DNA of 62,912 nt, the filler included, from Pelomyxa schiedti (Eukaryota; Protista; Evosea), in the NCBI GenBank assembly GCA_020536535.1. It is 9 parts of 9 records of this genome, joined end to end, with 100 filler letters (N's around TTAATTAATTAA, not from the genome) between each part and the next. Parts side by side here need not be neighbours in the genome. Positions count along the whole stretch, not along the records: positions 1 to 14,047 come from JAHLWZ010000019.1; positions 14,148 to 42,183 come from JAHLWZ010001026.1; 7 more parts are not named here. One strand, 5' to 3'. The translations under genes were made by a program, and so were the position numbers. This document shows, piece after piece, positions 10,950 through 22,882 of this stretch. The notes beneath the pieces were generated by a model. The model did not search any database, was not told the origin of the DNA, and saw only the letters and a program-made list of their open reading frames with translations. Each line of letters starts with the position of its first letter. The first letter of the stretch is position 1.

Positions 10950-12047
10950 ATGTTGGGTGGTGCCATTACCACCACGAGTTCATGTTGTTGTTCTGTTGTT
11001 GATAGTTGTTCGTTTGCAAACGTGAATATCGGCGAGTGCATCGCGGAGGGCATCGTTCGTGGCACCAACGACTTGGCGACGTTGGTTGCACTCGATCGTG
11101 TGAATAAGCTGTTTCACTCGTTTGCTGCCATGTACGAAGCTCCACTCTCTCTCTCAGTTCTTTTATTTCTCACATTTACGTTCTTGGCTTTCAAGCAAAC
11201 TGAAGACACTTCGATTGCAGCTCGGTGGATTTGGTGTGAAGTGGCTGACAGAACGTTCAGAGTCTGTTGATTGTGATGGGATCGCAGCACAGCACGGAAT
11301 CGAAGTGTGTGTGATTGGTGCCAGTGGAACTGGAAAAACATGCATTGCACAAAGATTCATTGGGAAGAACTTCTTCGAATTCCAAGAGTCCACGATTGGT
11401 GTGGATTTCTGGATTACAAAAGCGCCTGTCAGGGGCAGCAGTGTCAAGCTGTACATTTGGGGTATGCCATTCCACAGTTATTCCTTTTCTTAAAAACAAA
11501 ACAGATACAAGTGGAAAATGCAGATACAACACAACTGTGTGTGTTTCTTTTTTCCCCCCTTTCCTCAATGCCTCTCAGTGGAGCTGCAGATCAGCAGTGA
11601 TTCTGCTTGTCTATGATATCACCTGCCTTTCTTCTCTCAATTCACTCATTGTAAGAATCGCTGAAATTCGTGGATTTAATCATGTTGGAAAGGTGAATGA
11701 CAACCCCCACACCAAAACTCATCACCCTCACACTCAACACACAGTTACTTCTGTGTGGAAACAAGGCAGATCTTTTTGACAATCAACAGAGCTCTGCAAC
11801 AGCCTGTGTGGCTTCAGCAAAAACTATTGTCACATATTCACAAGGGCTTGAGTTTGCCAAAGCCAACCACTGTGATGGATTCGTTGAGGTGTCAGCAAAG
11901 ACCATGAGGAACATGCCTCAACTCATCACAGCCATTGGTCTCCTGGCACTTGAAGGTGCTCCTTCTCCTGTTGATTACCATACTTACCCACTTGGAGGTG
12001 TAATTACAAAGAAGAAGAGCCGCAAACCTGAATGTGCATTGGCCTGA
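10950..12047 (+). CDS. Rab-like small GTPase with N-terminal F-box-like motif and CaaX (multi-exon)
   Basis: Exon 1 ...NIGECIAEGIVRGTNDLATLVALDRVNKLFHSFA. Splicing (GT 11133 to ttcaag) joins in frame to GASGTGKT, STIGVDF, WDTSGK, GNKAD, EVSAK and C-terminal CALA*. Confidence 0.75.
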
Positions 12048-12243
12048 CTCAAGTGTCACCTTCTGTGTATAAGGTTATTTTATTCGCATCGTCGACACCA
12101 CCCACTACTTATGTTTGATGTCATTGTTGTTTGGTTGTAACTCCTCTTGCTTCTGTTGCGGAATTGCAGCCTCATTTTATGTGAAATCAGATCATGGAGC
12201 ATCCATTATTATCAGCATAAGCAAGGTTGCCGAAAAATTGAAA

Positions 12244-13280
12244 ATGAGCAGCAAAGGGCGACAGGGCAAAGTTGCAGTGATGGGAGCGAGTGGTGTTGGA
12301 AAGACCTCGTTGGTTGAGAGGTATGTTCGTGATAGAATCACCGTCGTTTCTTTTTCCGTGGAATGTTTTGTTGTACACTACAACATTTTACTTTGAAAAG
12401 GTTCTTGCTTGAGTACTGGAGCCCAAGTGGATATTGTGGTGGATCCGAATACGAGGTATTTGAAACCACCAATTAAAAGACATTCCTCGCACACTCACTC
12501 TCATCAGTGCAGGAAACGAGTTGTTGTTGATGATGTTACTGTTGAATTGGAAGTGCTCGATTGGTGTGTATGTGCGTGCGTGTCACCACCACTGCCCTTT
12601 CACACACTCAACTGTGGTTGTTGCTGTTACCTTCCTAATACAAATTACTTACCACTGTGTGCAGTGCTGGGACTGAACAATTTACAGCAATGAGAGACCT
12701 TTAGTAAGTGTTTCCTACCTAGAAGACCTTTAGGTTCCCCTTTTTTTTCCTCATTTATAGCTTGCCGCCAGTGTAAAAAACTCCCACATTGTGCTACTTT
12801 GTTTCTCACTTGTGGATAAAGCCTCCTTGTCAGAAGTTCTCACAGTGCACTATTCCAACATCAGGGAAGTGTCCCCCGAGGTTTTAATCTGCTTTTTCTT
12901 CTTAAGTTCATTGTCAACACTCACTCAGACCATTGTTTTCCTTGTTGGTTTGAAAATGGACCTCGTTGTCACAACCTCCTCATCAGTTGTAACTTCTGTG
13001 GTTTGCTTTCCTTCTTCGTTTTGGGAAAGTGTAATCACTCTCCCCTCCAGGTCACCGTGCAAGAAGCAGTTTCCATGGCCAAAAAAATGAATGCCTATGG
13101 TTACTTTCAATGCAGGTAAGGTACCATTATTCCACTCAGCTTTTGATTCCACCAAATCGCACTCAAAAACCACGAAAAGTTCCAAGCTTCAAGTTGGTGT
13201 TCAGGAGTTATTTGACACAGTTGCAAGAGTTGGAGTGCTTACATCCTCTCCTATTGCTGAGAAACCAAAGAAGACCGGCT
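12244..13280 (+). CDS. Divergent Ras-superfamily GTPase (Rap-like switch II, Rho-like C-terminal half); 3' end in gap
   Basis: GASGVGKT; LD(C)AGTEQFTAMRDLY; IVLLCFSLVDKASL; FLVGLKMDL; CSSKLQVGVQELFD. Confidence 0.75.
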
Positions 13281-13380
13281 NNNNNNNNNNNNNNNNNNNN
13301 NNNNNNNNNNNNNNNNNNNNNNNNNNNNNNNNNNNNNNNNNNNNNNNNNNNNNNNNNNNNNNNNNNNNNNNNNNNNNNNN

Positions 13381-13993
13381 GTTCACAGTCACACAGAGAG
13401 GTGGTGTGATTGAGAATGGAAATGAGCTGTGTGTCTTGAGGGGGTTGCAGTGCGATTGCTGGCGTGTTGAAATTGTGGACCTGGAGAAAACATACAGCAG
13501 TGGGAAGATGGTGGTGGTGTGGAGCTCGAGAATAAAGCTTCCCTTCTCTGCTGGTCGTTGCCCTGGCGATTTCCACATCATGAGCCCAGACCAAGGCGGT
13601 CTCTTTGCTCTCTTTTACACAACAAGTGACAAAGCAGTGCTCGTGGATGTGATGTACGGCTCGGTGTCAGAGTTCAGCAGCTTCTGTGTCCAGCCGGTGA
13701 GCGATTCTTACATCCTTGTTTTCAAAACCGATCAGCATGCTCAAGTTTTCCACGTTGAGGATGCATCACAACAGCAAAGGCACCCAGTGAAGGATTGGCT
13801 GATAACAGGTGCCACCATGCGACTGGGATCACGCCTTGGCATGGTGTTCACATCAACGGCTGAGTCCTTTGCTTACAGGAACACAGTGAAATTCTACGAT
13901 GCACCAACTGGATTCTTCATGTTTTCACTGTACTCGAGGTCCTGTGTCACTCGTCCAACCGTTTTCCTTGAGGTTGACTCTGACCATCATTGA
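13381..13993 (+). CDS. 3' part of an intronless family B-type gene, probably the true continuation of B1
   Basis: Shares the KTYSS variant and a 121-bp overlap with 5537-5657; ends EVDSDHH*. Confidence 0.75.
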
Positions 13994-14047
13994 AATTAAA
14001 AAAAATTGAATTGTGTTTCAAGTCAAGTGGAACAAGGTTTTGTTTGA

Positions 14048-14147
14048 NNNNNNNNNNNNNNNNNNNNNNNNNNNNNNNNNNNNNNNNNNNNTTAATTAAT
14101 TAANNNNNNNNNNNNNNNNNNNNNNNNNNNNNNNNNNNNNNNNNNNN
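14048..14147. other. Artificial contig linker (N44-TTAATTAATTAA-N44); also at 42184-42283, 52998-53097, 55556-55655, 57425-57524, 59219-59318, 60578-60677, 61735-61834
   Basis: Identical six-frame-stop spacer embedded in N runs. Confidence 0.98.
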
Positions 14148-14212
14148 ACCACAAAGGTGTTTGACGTAATGTTCACAAACAAGATATTTATGCTTATTTA
14201 GAAAAGGAGAAA

Positions 14213-16338
14213 CTACTGCAGGGAGCATGAGGCGTTAAGTGGATCACTGCTGGATGCAAAGTCCACAATGGCCAGGTTCCCATTGTACACACCAACAGCG
14301 AGGGTGGTTTCCGACCTGTGAATACACCGCACAATGTCCCCAAACTCCCTCAGTGTGTGCAGGCTTGGCCCAGCCTCCGACCATACCTATATTTTGTGTT
14401 AGGAATTTGTACGGTACATAATATGCTTGATTACCTTGATTGAGCCATCAAAGGACCCGGTTACAGGGAGCCCTTGAGCAAGTGATAGAAGTGCCACTGT
14501 ATTGGTGTGCTCCTCATATTCCCTCAGAATTGTGAATGTCCGGACATCCCAGAGAAGTGCCTGCAAAAAGTTTCTCTTGGAATGTTGTGAAATTTGGAAA
14601 TAACCCTAGAGCCACTGCCGGCCCCAATTGTGTGGCAGAATCCATCAAGAGTATAAACAAAATTAGTGCATGCTAGGCTTTGAACGGGAGCTTCCTGCCT
14701 GAGGTCCCATATGAGAACCTTATGTTTGTCAAATGTGCATAGGGCTTTGTATGAGTACCTTTTTATCAGCACCACCAGTGAGGATCAATCCGTTGTCAGG
14801 TTGCTTAATTGTATTGACCTGACGGCTTGCTTAGTTGGTTTGAATTACGGAAATGAAGCTAAAACCTCTGTTGTGTGAGCAGTAAAACTTCGCGTTAGCT
14901 CTCCTGTGTGCAAGTCCCATACATTGCAAGTTGAATCACGAGATGCACTGGCATAAAGTCCAGCGGAGTGCAAGTGAATTCCTTTTGGTTATTATGTATG
15001 TTTTTCGATAATTAGGAAATTACCTGTAACTACACCGCGTTTATGGCCGATCAACTGTTGTAGACATGCCCCTGTTGTTGGGTCCCAAACTCTGAGTGTT
15101 TTGTCTCGTGAGGTACTGAAAGAAAAGGTAAGTGACCGCAGTGATGGTAATTTAGTCCTGACCTGACCAAGCAGTGGCCATCTCTTGAGAAGGATACATC
15201 AGTGACAAAATCCGTGTGTCCTTGAAGGTGATGGCGGTGGGTGTGATTTGGAAGATCCCATAAAATCGCTGAAGAATCATAGGAAGCTGTTGCGAAAGTA
15301 TCGCCATGAATGGCTGAGGAGTTGACATACCGTTCATGCTTGTTCATTGTGTGAAGCACCTGCCCGGTAACTTTGGAAACCATCTGAATCGCAAGTCAAT
15401 GAGGAACTCGATTCACAAAGGTGGTAGATAAGGTACTTTGACGGAATTGTCCAGGCTCGTAGTCACCCAGTATTTGTCCCAAGGAGTAACGCTGGTGATT
15501 CCCTCAAGATGCGGCCGGTATATTGTCCGTTTGTACTTTCCCGCTCTCCACCGTAGTACTAGTGCCGGAGTATGTTGAAGTGTTTCTCTCCAAGTGGCAG
15601 CCCACCGCTTTACACCAACGTGATGCACTCCACATAATCTCATCCATAGTTCCTACAATGGACTTAATAACCAACNNNNNNNNNNNNNNNNNNNNNNNNN
15701 NNNNNNNNNNNNNNNNNNNNNNNNNNNNNNNNNNNNNNNNNNNNNNNNNNNNNNNNNNNNNNNNNNNNNNNNNNNAGTACTAGTGCCGGAGTATGTTGAA
15801 GTGTTTCTCTCCAAGTGGCAGCCCACCGCTTTACACCAACGTGATGCACTCCACATAATCTCATCCATAGTTCCTACAATGGACTTAATAACCAACCAAG
15901 TAATAGTACGAGGAAATTTAAAAAAAAAAAAAAAGGCACCAGGACCAGGATGTACTCTGTGTCTATTATTACAAAAAAAAAAACAAAAAAAAAAGGGAGC
16001 GGGGTAAAAAAAAGATATTGGGGCGTCCTGGGAATGACACAACAACTACGACTGACCTCTTTGCAGGAAACGGCGTGCCAGTGGCGGCACACCATCCCAG
16101 CCCCGCACAAGTCCCTCAACGACAGGTCCCCAAAAACAACAACAAGCACATCAACCGGCAGACTGCCGTACCCCGTGGTGGTGGTGCCAATGGTGCCAAT
16201 AATTGTGGTAGGAGTGGCCACCACGACCTCCTCGGGGGTAGGAGAGGTGGCTGAGGTGGTGGTGGATGAAGAATTATGGGTTTCAACAACCCCGCTGTCG
16301 ATGGTGTCCGAGGGAGGCAATGAGCCGTCGTCCGTCAT
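14213..16338 (-). CDS. F-box/WD40-repeat protein ending in CaaX (CSLQ)
   Basis: F-box LPVDVLVVVFGDLSLRDLCGAGMVCRHWHAV; WD repeats (TASYDSSAILWD, GHTDFVTDVSFS, VLIWD); last exon ...DFASSSDPLNASCSLQ*. Confidence 0.85.
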
Positions 16339-16527
16339 CGTCAAACGACGTTACTCGAAAGTTGGTTCTTTGAAAAGCCGAAACTGTGTTCTGTTCACTG
16401 AATGCAGAGCCCTGTCGAACAGGTGTTGCATTGGGAATCAGGAGTAACCGTTATCGCGGACTATCGGAATCTCAACCCAGAGAGGGCTAGAGGACCCATT
16501 CACGTAACAGTTCCTCGAAGCGATCTG

Positions 16528-17825
16528 ATGGGAGACGACGGCGAATCGTCCGAGGGTGTTGGTAGCAAGAGAAAGCGGTTGCGAGGTGACAGCACACAGG
16601 GCGATGCGTCCCATAATCTCCAGGCTCCTCCAACTGACGAACTCAATTTCGCTGATCAGCTGACCTCGGGTAGGGAGCGCATAGAGATTAATAATTAATG
16701 AATTGCTTCCCCTTAGGGCTCTAACAAACACAAATTCAAGAAAACTGTCTGGATGGAACTGGATTTGATGGTGACGAGAATAACGATTGCGATGAACAGG
16801 AGCCGGTTGTGCACCATGGCAGATTCTCGGTGTGTTGACATTTGTACTTTGTATTTGCATTGCAATGCAAATTGTGGTACAAAACCTACTCTGGATTTTC
16901 ATTCCGTCGACAGATATTTCCGTATTGGGCCGATTCGCCGTCGGAACAGCTGAGGAAACCCATATTGTGAGTGGTGTGTTTGGCTGTTGTGATCGAGGTC
17001 ACTATGAGGGAATTTTAATATCATTGGTGTACTAGGGGTGTGGAACAGGCCACGGATATTCCTAGTTGTGATTTAGCATCAGCTCTCTCTGGGGAAGAAC
17101 CACCGGAGGCTCCACCACCTGAGTGCACTGTCGCAGAGCCACAAGTGATTCCTCGAAACTCTCCACCACAAATACCACAACAAAAACCACCCACGAGAGA
17201 AAAGTCACCAAACCCAATCACTATGGAGCCGCGGCAACAATCTCAGCTGACGCAACAATCTACAATAACTCAACTACCACCTCCAAAAAAATTACAACCA
17301 CCAAGTATGATGCCAAAACCCAACAATAACTCCCTCAATCAATCTGGTCCGGCTGCTCCAACTGCTCCCGTATCCACAATTTCCGGAATACCAAGACCCG
17401 GGTCTGCACACAGGTGCAACTGTGAAGATACAGTGAAGATGCTGCAACTCGTACAAAAACCAAACAAAAAAAAGACACCCTAAGTAACAATCGCAAGGAA
17501 GTTGCACAACTGAAGCAAGATATGGCCAAACAACAGAAACTCATCTCAGAACTTCAAACCGTAAGTTTGGTCTCCCAAAGCAGACTCTAATTAGTATTAC
17601 AGAAACATGATGCAGCCATTGCACGCCTCACAGCGGAGGTTCAGAAGCTCTCACCACAACCAACTACATCCTCCCGGCCGGCTACATCAACCACAACAGC
17701 CGCGGTATTTTTATTCAATCCTTTCTCAACTACTATTACATTTATATGTACAATCCACTATGAATAATCATTTGTAGAAACGAACCACTGCACACCCACC
17801 TGTAGCTTCCCGCTCGCATCACTGA
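16528..17825 (+). CDS. Hypothetical Pro/Gln-rich protein with a short coiled coil (multi-exon)
   Basis: MGDDGESSEGVGSKRKRLR (NLS-like), P/Q-rich exon 17040-17450, EVAQLKQDMAKQQKLISELQ heptads, consistent GT-AG introns. Confidence 0.55.
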
Positions 17826-17885
17826 CACTATTCCAACTGAAAGAAAAGCAATGAACTTCAAATAATTCATTACTGTTGTGGTTTG

Positions 17886-20533
17886 TTAGGATTTTGGCCT
17901 TCTGTGAGGGAAGAAGCAGTACACAATGGCGGCAAAGGTATCAGATGTTTTCGGTGAGTAGGAAATGGGGCCGCGGCACACAGCACAGAAGTGGGTAGAG
18001 GTCTGCACGTTCTTGAGGCAAGTGGCACAGTAAAGATGTCCGCAGGAAAGAACTTGGGCTTTAGAACACACATCAAGGCATATGCAGCATTTAAACTGTG
18101 TCTCAAGTTTCTTTTAACTCCGGTTAGTTGTGAATATAGTTCGGGAAAGCGGGAATTACCTTCATCAGCTCCACTTCAGTCACTTTTTCATCAAGGCAGC
18201 TTTGTATCAGGTCTTTGGCTGTCTGTATTTGAGTGCTGGAGTCTTCCGCTATGAGTGGTTCGAGTGACTTGTAGGGCGAAACCCAAGCACTTACGGTCTT
18301 CTTAGGGGCAGCGGCACTGCTGGGCTTGGTAGATGATGTTTTTGTTTTGTCCGTGGTACTAGACTTCCTACTACGCTTTGCACTTGGCTCTGTGGACTCC
18401 CTCTTCTTTCCTCTTTTTGCTGGAACCTTGGGCTCCTCTTCCTCTTCCTCGTCCTCGTCTTCATCATCATCTTCTTCCCCACTACTGTTACTGGAGTCAC
18501 TGCTGGACTTCTTCTTCTTTGATTTGGACTTTGACTTGGCCTTTGACTTTGATTTCTTTGTTGATGACTTTTTTGTGGATGTCGTTTTGCTCTTAGATTT
18601 TGTGGGGGTGGATTCTGTTGGTTCCCAATCCTCTTGTTCCCACGGTGCGGGTTCTGGATCGTCACGGCGAAGAAGGTATCTCCAAACAATGAATCCAGAC
18701 TGCCCTTTTTCTAAGGAAAAATCAGAATAGGAAAGTATCAATGCAAACCAACCTGGCCAGAAGTCAACCACTTTATAGATGCCATCATATCTGTAGCCTT
18801 CTCTTGGGGCATATTGACCATGATCAGTCCGAGCCAGTTTCGCTGATCTCACTACACGAACTGGTTTCCCTTCACGCCACTTACCTAGGCATGCCTCACA
18901 AGCTTTTTTTTCTGTGCAAGTTTTGCACTTCCAATGAGCGGGGCAGTTCTTGGCCAAGCCCATATTTGCCTTCGTTAACTTCTGGTCAAATGTCTGTTCT
19001 GAAGTACGTTTGTTCCCTGTCTTCAAGTCTCGGCCGCCACTTCCTGTGTAGAAAATTTCGTTTCCAAGATCTTTGTCCTCCGGATAACCACCCCCAACTA
19101 CTATGGATTGACACCCCCGCTCAGACCCGTGTATTCCAGCAATTAGAGGCCTGTAACGAAAAATCAATATTCATTGAATATTGTGTGATGAGGAAGAACC
19201 TGTGAATTCCAGCTTCACTGAGTTGTTTGTGGTATGTGCAACTGAAGCCTACATGATACCCAGGGATAGCCCCGTAGTGGTCCACAGGGACTGGTGGCTC
19301 CGCACTCCTCCCGGAACATGACACTCCACCACCCCACTTCTTCTTGCACAGGTTAGCTTTGCTCATCTTCCCTCCCTTTGTGTCTGCGGCGGTGAAGGCC
19401 TTCTTGGTAACCTTGGGATCATTGAAGCAATCAGGGCAGTACCAATCTCCATCAGGAATTGCGGCAAGAGGTGGCTTGAGACAGTATATGTGGAACCCTT
19501 CATCACATTCATCACAGAGCAGTGTTTTATCAGGGTCCTTAGGGTCACGGCACACCCGGCACAGTGTATCCTTGTATTCTTTTTAAATGTAGGATTGGCG
19601 TTAGGTTCCGGGTGATACAGCTATTGGCTTAGTACTTAAATTGCTACCATAATTTCAACTTAACGATTCATAAAAATATTAGTATTTAAAAGTGCGGGGG
19701 CGGCGGTGGGGCCACAAGCACATACTCTCCTCTAGTTCCTTGTCCTCAGCCTCCTCGACTGCTTTCCTCGTATCGTCGTCCATCTCCTCGGTCTCGTCCT
19801 CGATGTCGTAGCTGGGCTTCCCCTTCCCCTTGCCCTTCCCTTTCCCTTTCCCCGTGGCGGCATCGTCAGTGTTCATCTTGCTCTTGCTGCTACTGCTACT
19901 GCTGCTTCCTTTGCTTTTTGTTTTGGATTTCGATGTCGACGGGGTGGTCTCTTCTGCTCCCGCCATCTCCTCCTCCTTTTCCTTTTTTGCGCCACCTGCA
20001 CTAGCAGCAGCTGCTGCCGATGACGTCACGGCCGTGGCCGCCGTAGAGTCCATGTCCGTCGTCGTAGTCGTAGTCGTCGCCGCGGGCGCCTCCGCCTTGC
20101 CACTACTACTACTACTACTACTACTACTAGCCGCCGTTGTTGTCGTTGTTGTCGACGATGTTGTTGATTCGCCTGCGCTGTCGCCCTCCGTGGCCTTTGG
20201 TGGTGTGGATGTGGCTGCTGCTGCTGTTGTTGTTGAGGATGATGGTGATGGTGATGGTGTGGCCCCGTCTGGTGTTGTTGGATCTGGGCCTCCGGCTTGC
20301 AGCTGGGGCTTGTTCTTTGGCATGATGAGGACGGTGCAGTTGTCCTGGAGGTTGCAGTTGTAGACCTTGGCGGCGTCGTCGGACAGGACGCGGCCGCGGT
20401 AGAGCATGCGGAAGGAGGCGGCGTCGGCGCCGGACACGCGGGCGAGGGACGCCCTGAGGTCGCCGATGGTGTCGCTCAGGCTCACGTCCACCGGCCACTC
20501 TTGGCTGCCGAGCCTACCTTTCACCACGACCAT
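17886..20533 (-). CDS. UHRF1: UHRF1-like protein: UBL - low-complexity linker - PHD - SRA/YDG - acidic/basic linker - RING
   Basis: UBL ([12 protein letters not shown]); PHD (CRVC...[19 protein letters not shown]...DWYCPDC); SRA (GIHG...[28 protein letters not shown]...[10 protein letters not shown]); RING (CCIC...[10 protein letters not shown]...CAVCR). Confidence 0.9.
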
Positions 20534-20709
20534 CCTGTTGTTGTAGTTCTTTCGAATCTGTTATCTGTAACCCACACGACTTCGCCAGGAGACTGAGAAC
20601 GATTGGGGGATTGAGAGTTAAGAAATCAACTTTTGGAAAGGTTACCATGTGGGAGTTTGAAGAGGAGTGTGGTGTGGTGATTGGCTTGTTTAGGTGCTTT
20701 TTTTTTTTT

Positions 20710-21734
20710 TTAGGTATTGTCATTTCCAATGAACCTGTTGCCTTGGGACTCCTTTCCAACGTATTTCTTGTTTTATGGTGAGTTCTTCTTGAGGATAGGA
20801 AGGAAGAAGGAAACATACGTAAGATTGGCGAGTGTATACTGAGTTGTAGGCCTTGCCGGCTTCCACCGGTGGAGGAAGTGGACTGTAGGTCGATACTGGT
20901 GCCGATACCGGTTTCTGTTTACCGGGAAAAAAGAGATTATAAAACAAGTCTGTGAATTACAGAAGGAGAAAGGGCGGTACCGTTGATGCAACCGGCTTGT
21001 TTATTTTACAAAATTCACCTCGCTTTCTACTTTCTGCTCTCTCAGCGGGTGTTACTGGGATTGAATCGAGAATCATGAGTGAGGGCAAGCGATAAATTAC
21101 ACGCATTCTTAGAAAAGGAGTAAGTAAATATAAAGTCTCATTCAGGTACCGGTAAAAACTGTAGTCTTTCTCATCTCCAAAGAAAGGACACGCCGGATTG
21201 TTAACAAGGCCCAGGTTTGTTAAATTGGGTAACCGGGTGCTTACAATATCAAGGAATTCTTCCAGGTCGTTGACCTGTTTTGCAGGTTGAAAGGTAGTAT
21301 GTATGATGATGGTAGTGGTGTACTATACGTTGTTTTTATTCAGGGAAAGAAGTTTCAAAGTTGGGCAATTTGGAAGATGTGAAACGTCGCTGATAGTGTT
21401 ACCATCCAGAGTCAACTCCTTAAGTGAGGTGAAATGTTGCAATCCCTGTGTGGATCTAATACTTACCATTAAAAACAATACATACAGTAACAACTCAAAA
21501 ACCAAAACAAGGAAGCAAATCAGGCATGTACACCCATAAGTGCGCATACACGAGTGAGTTTGAGCTCAAGTCGAGCTCGTGCACGCGCGACCCCATCGCA
21601 ACCAACGGGGCGGGAATCTCAACGAGATCTCGTCCCCCTGCCACGACAACACCGGGCCGAACGACAACAAACTCGACGGCCGTCCCATCATCGCCCTCCG
21701 CGGGCGCCTCGCTACTCGTGGTTGTAGTGCTCAT
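20710..21734 (-). CDS. LRMDA/C10orf11-like leucine-rich repeat protein
   Basis: LDLSSNSL, LKELTLDGNTI, LKLLSLNKN, LVNNPACP and C-terminal YVGKESQGNRFIGND matching the LRMDA tail. Confidence 0.75.
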
Positions 21735-21903
21735 TCGAGAATGGATGTCTGACTAGTTGCAGACCAAGGTGGCGGGACCCTCACGGTGGCGCTGTGATGT
21801 TCTTGTGTTTTGATTTTGATCCTTCAAATGCCGATTCCTTGCAGTGATCAAACCAAAGGAAAAAAGACGGAACGAGTTGGCTATGAACGACTTGTTGGGA
21901 AAA

Positions 21904-22717
21904 ATGGGGTCGCTGCGGGCGTCGACAACGAGGATGGTTGTTTGTTGTTATGGGACATTCGTTTGATTGGTCTGTGGGTTGCTTATTTTTTTGTTTTTTG
22001 TTGTTGACCGTTCTTATTAAGTTTAGAATAACTGTAATACAGGAGGATCTGACGCCAGAACAAATCGAGGAATTCCGGGAGGCATTCTCAATGTTTGACC
22101 CTGATGGAAGCGGGACAATCACAGTCACTGAAGTTGCTGGCGTGCTGAGGTCGTTGGGTGTGTTAAATGCTTATTATACTGATGCACAATGCTAACTTGA
22201 ACAGGTTTACATCCTTCGGAATCTGAACTTCAAGCACTGATCAGGACAGTCGATACAGGTATTTATACTTGAATTGAAAAAAATAACACTAAAATCAAAG
22301 TCGTAACTGAATCTCAGTAAACACAAGATGGAAGTGGGACGATTGAATTTCCTGAGTTCTGCATGATGATGTCTAAGAAAATTGTTGAAGAAGATAACCC
22401 AGAGGAACTCAGAGCCGCCTTCAGGGTACTAAAAACAAAACAATATAAAAGTAAATAGGCACTATGTAATAAAATGTTAATGTAACGAAAGGAAGTGTTT
22501 GATAAAAACGGAGATGGAGAAATAGACATGGAAGAACTCCGCCGGGTTTGTTTTTTCCTCTGTAACAACCATCTTCTAAATCTTTCACAAGGTCCTTCCC
22601 ACACTAGGAGAGACTCTCACTGATGATCAAATCGTGCAAATGATAAAGGAGGTCGATGTCGATGGTGATGGCAAGATAAGCTTTGATGAATTTGTGCAGA
22701 TCATGACAATTCACTAA
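21904..22717 (+). CDS. Calmodulin-like EF-hand protein (start at 21904 or 21934)
   Basis: [58 protein letters not shown]: four EF-hands over short exons. Confidence 0.9.
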
Positions 22718-22882
22718 ATACCAAAATACATTAATGCCAATAATAACAACCTTATGGGAGCCTGTTAGTATTTGCACTCCCAACTTGGCCAAGTTTGTGG
22801 ACCTCTCCAACTTGTTAGTTTTCTACAACGAAACATAACATATTTTAGATAACACAACATTGTTTTATCTAAAATTGAAAAG

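Noticed and set aside
1241-13993. Apparent ~4.5-kb tandem duplication (importin-alpha, A, tRNA-like, B)
   Set aside because: The copies are distinct sequences, but their tandem order is unsupported. The block is bounded by 100-N gaps and 5537-5657 overlaps 13381-13501, so it may be another locus or haplotype placed by the scaffolder.
13091-13993. ORF fusing a GTPase to a family domain
   Set aside because: The ORF reads through 100 Ns; artefact.
14092-14103. Recurring TTAATTAATTAA palindrome
   Set aside because: Synthetic six-frame-stop linker inside N runs; not biological. Genes on either side of a linker are not neighbours.
15555-15895. ~120-bp direct repeats flanking N gaps (also ~44451-44792 and ~54580-54921)
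   Set aside because: Exact overlaps on both sides of 100-N gaps are unresolved assembly overlaps, not TSDs or real repeats.
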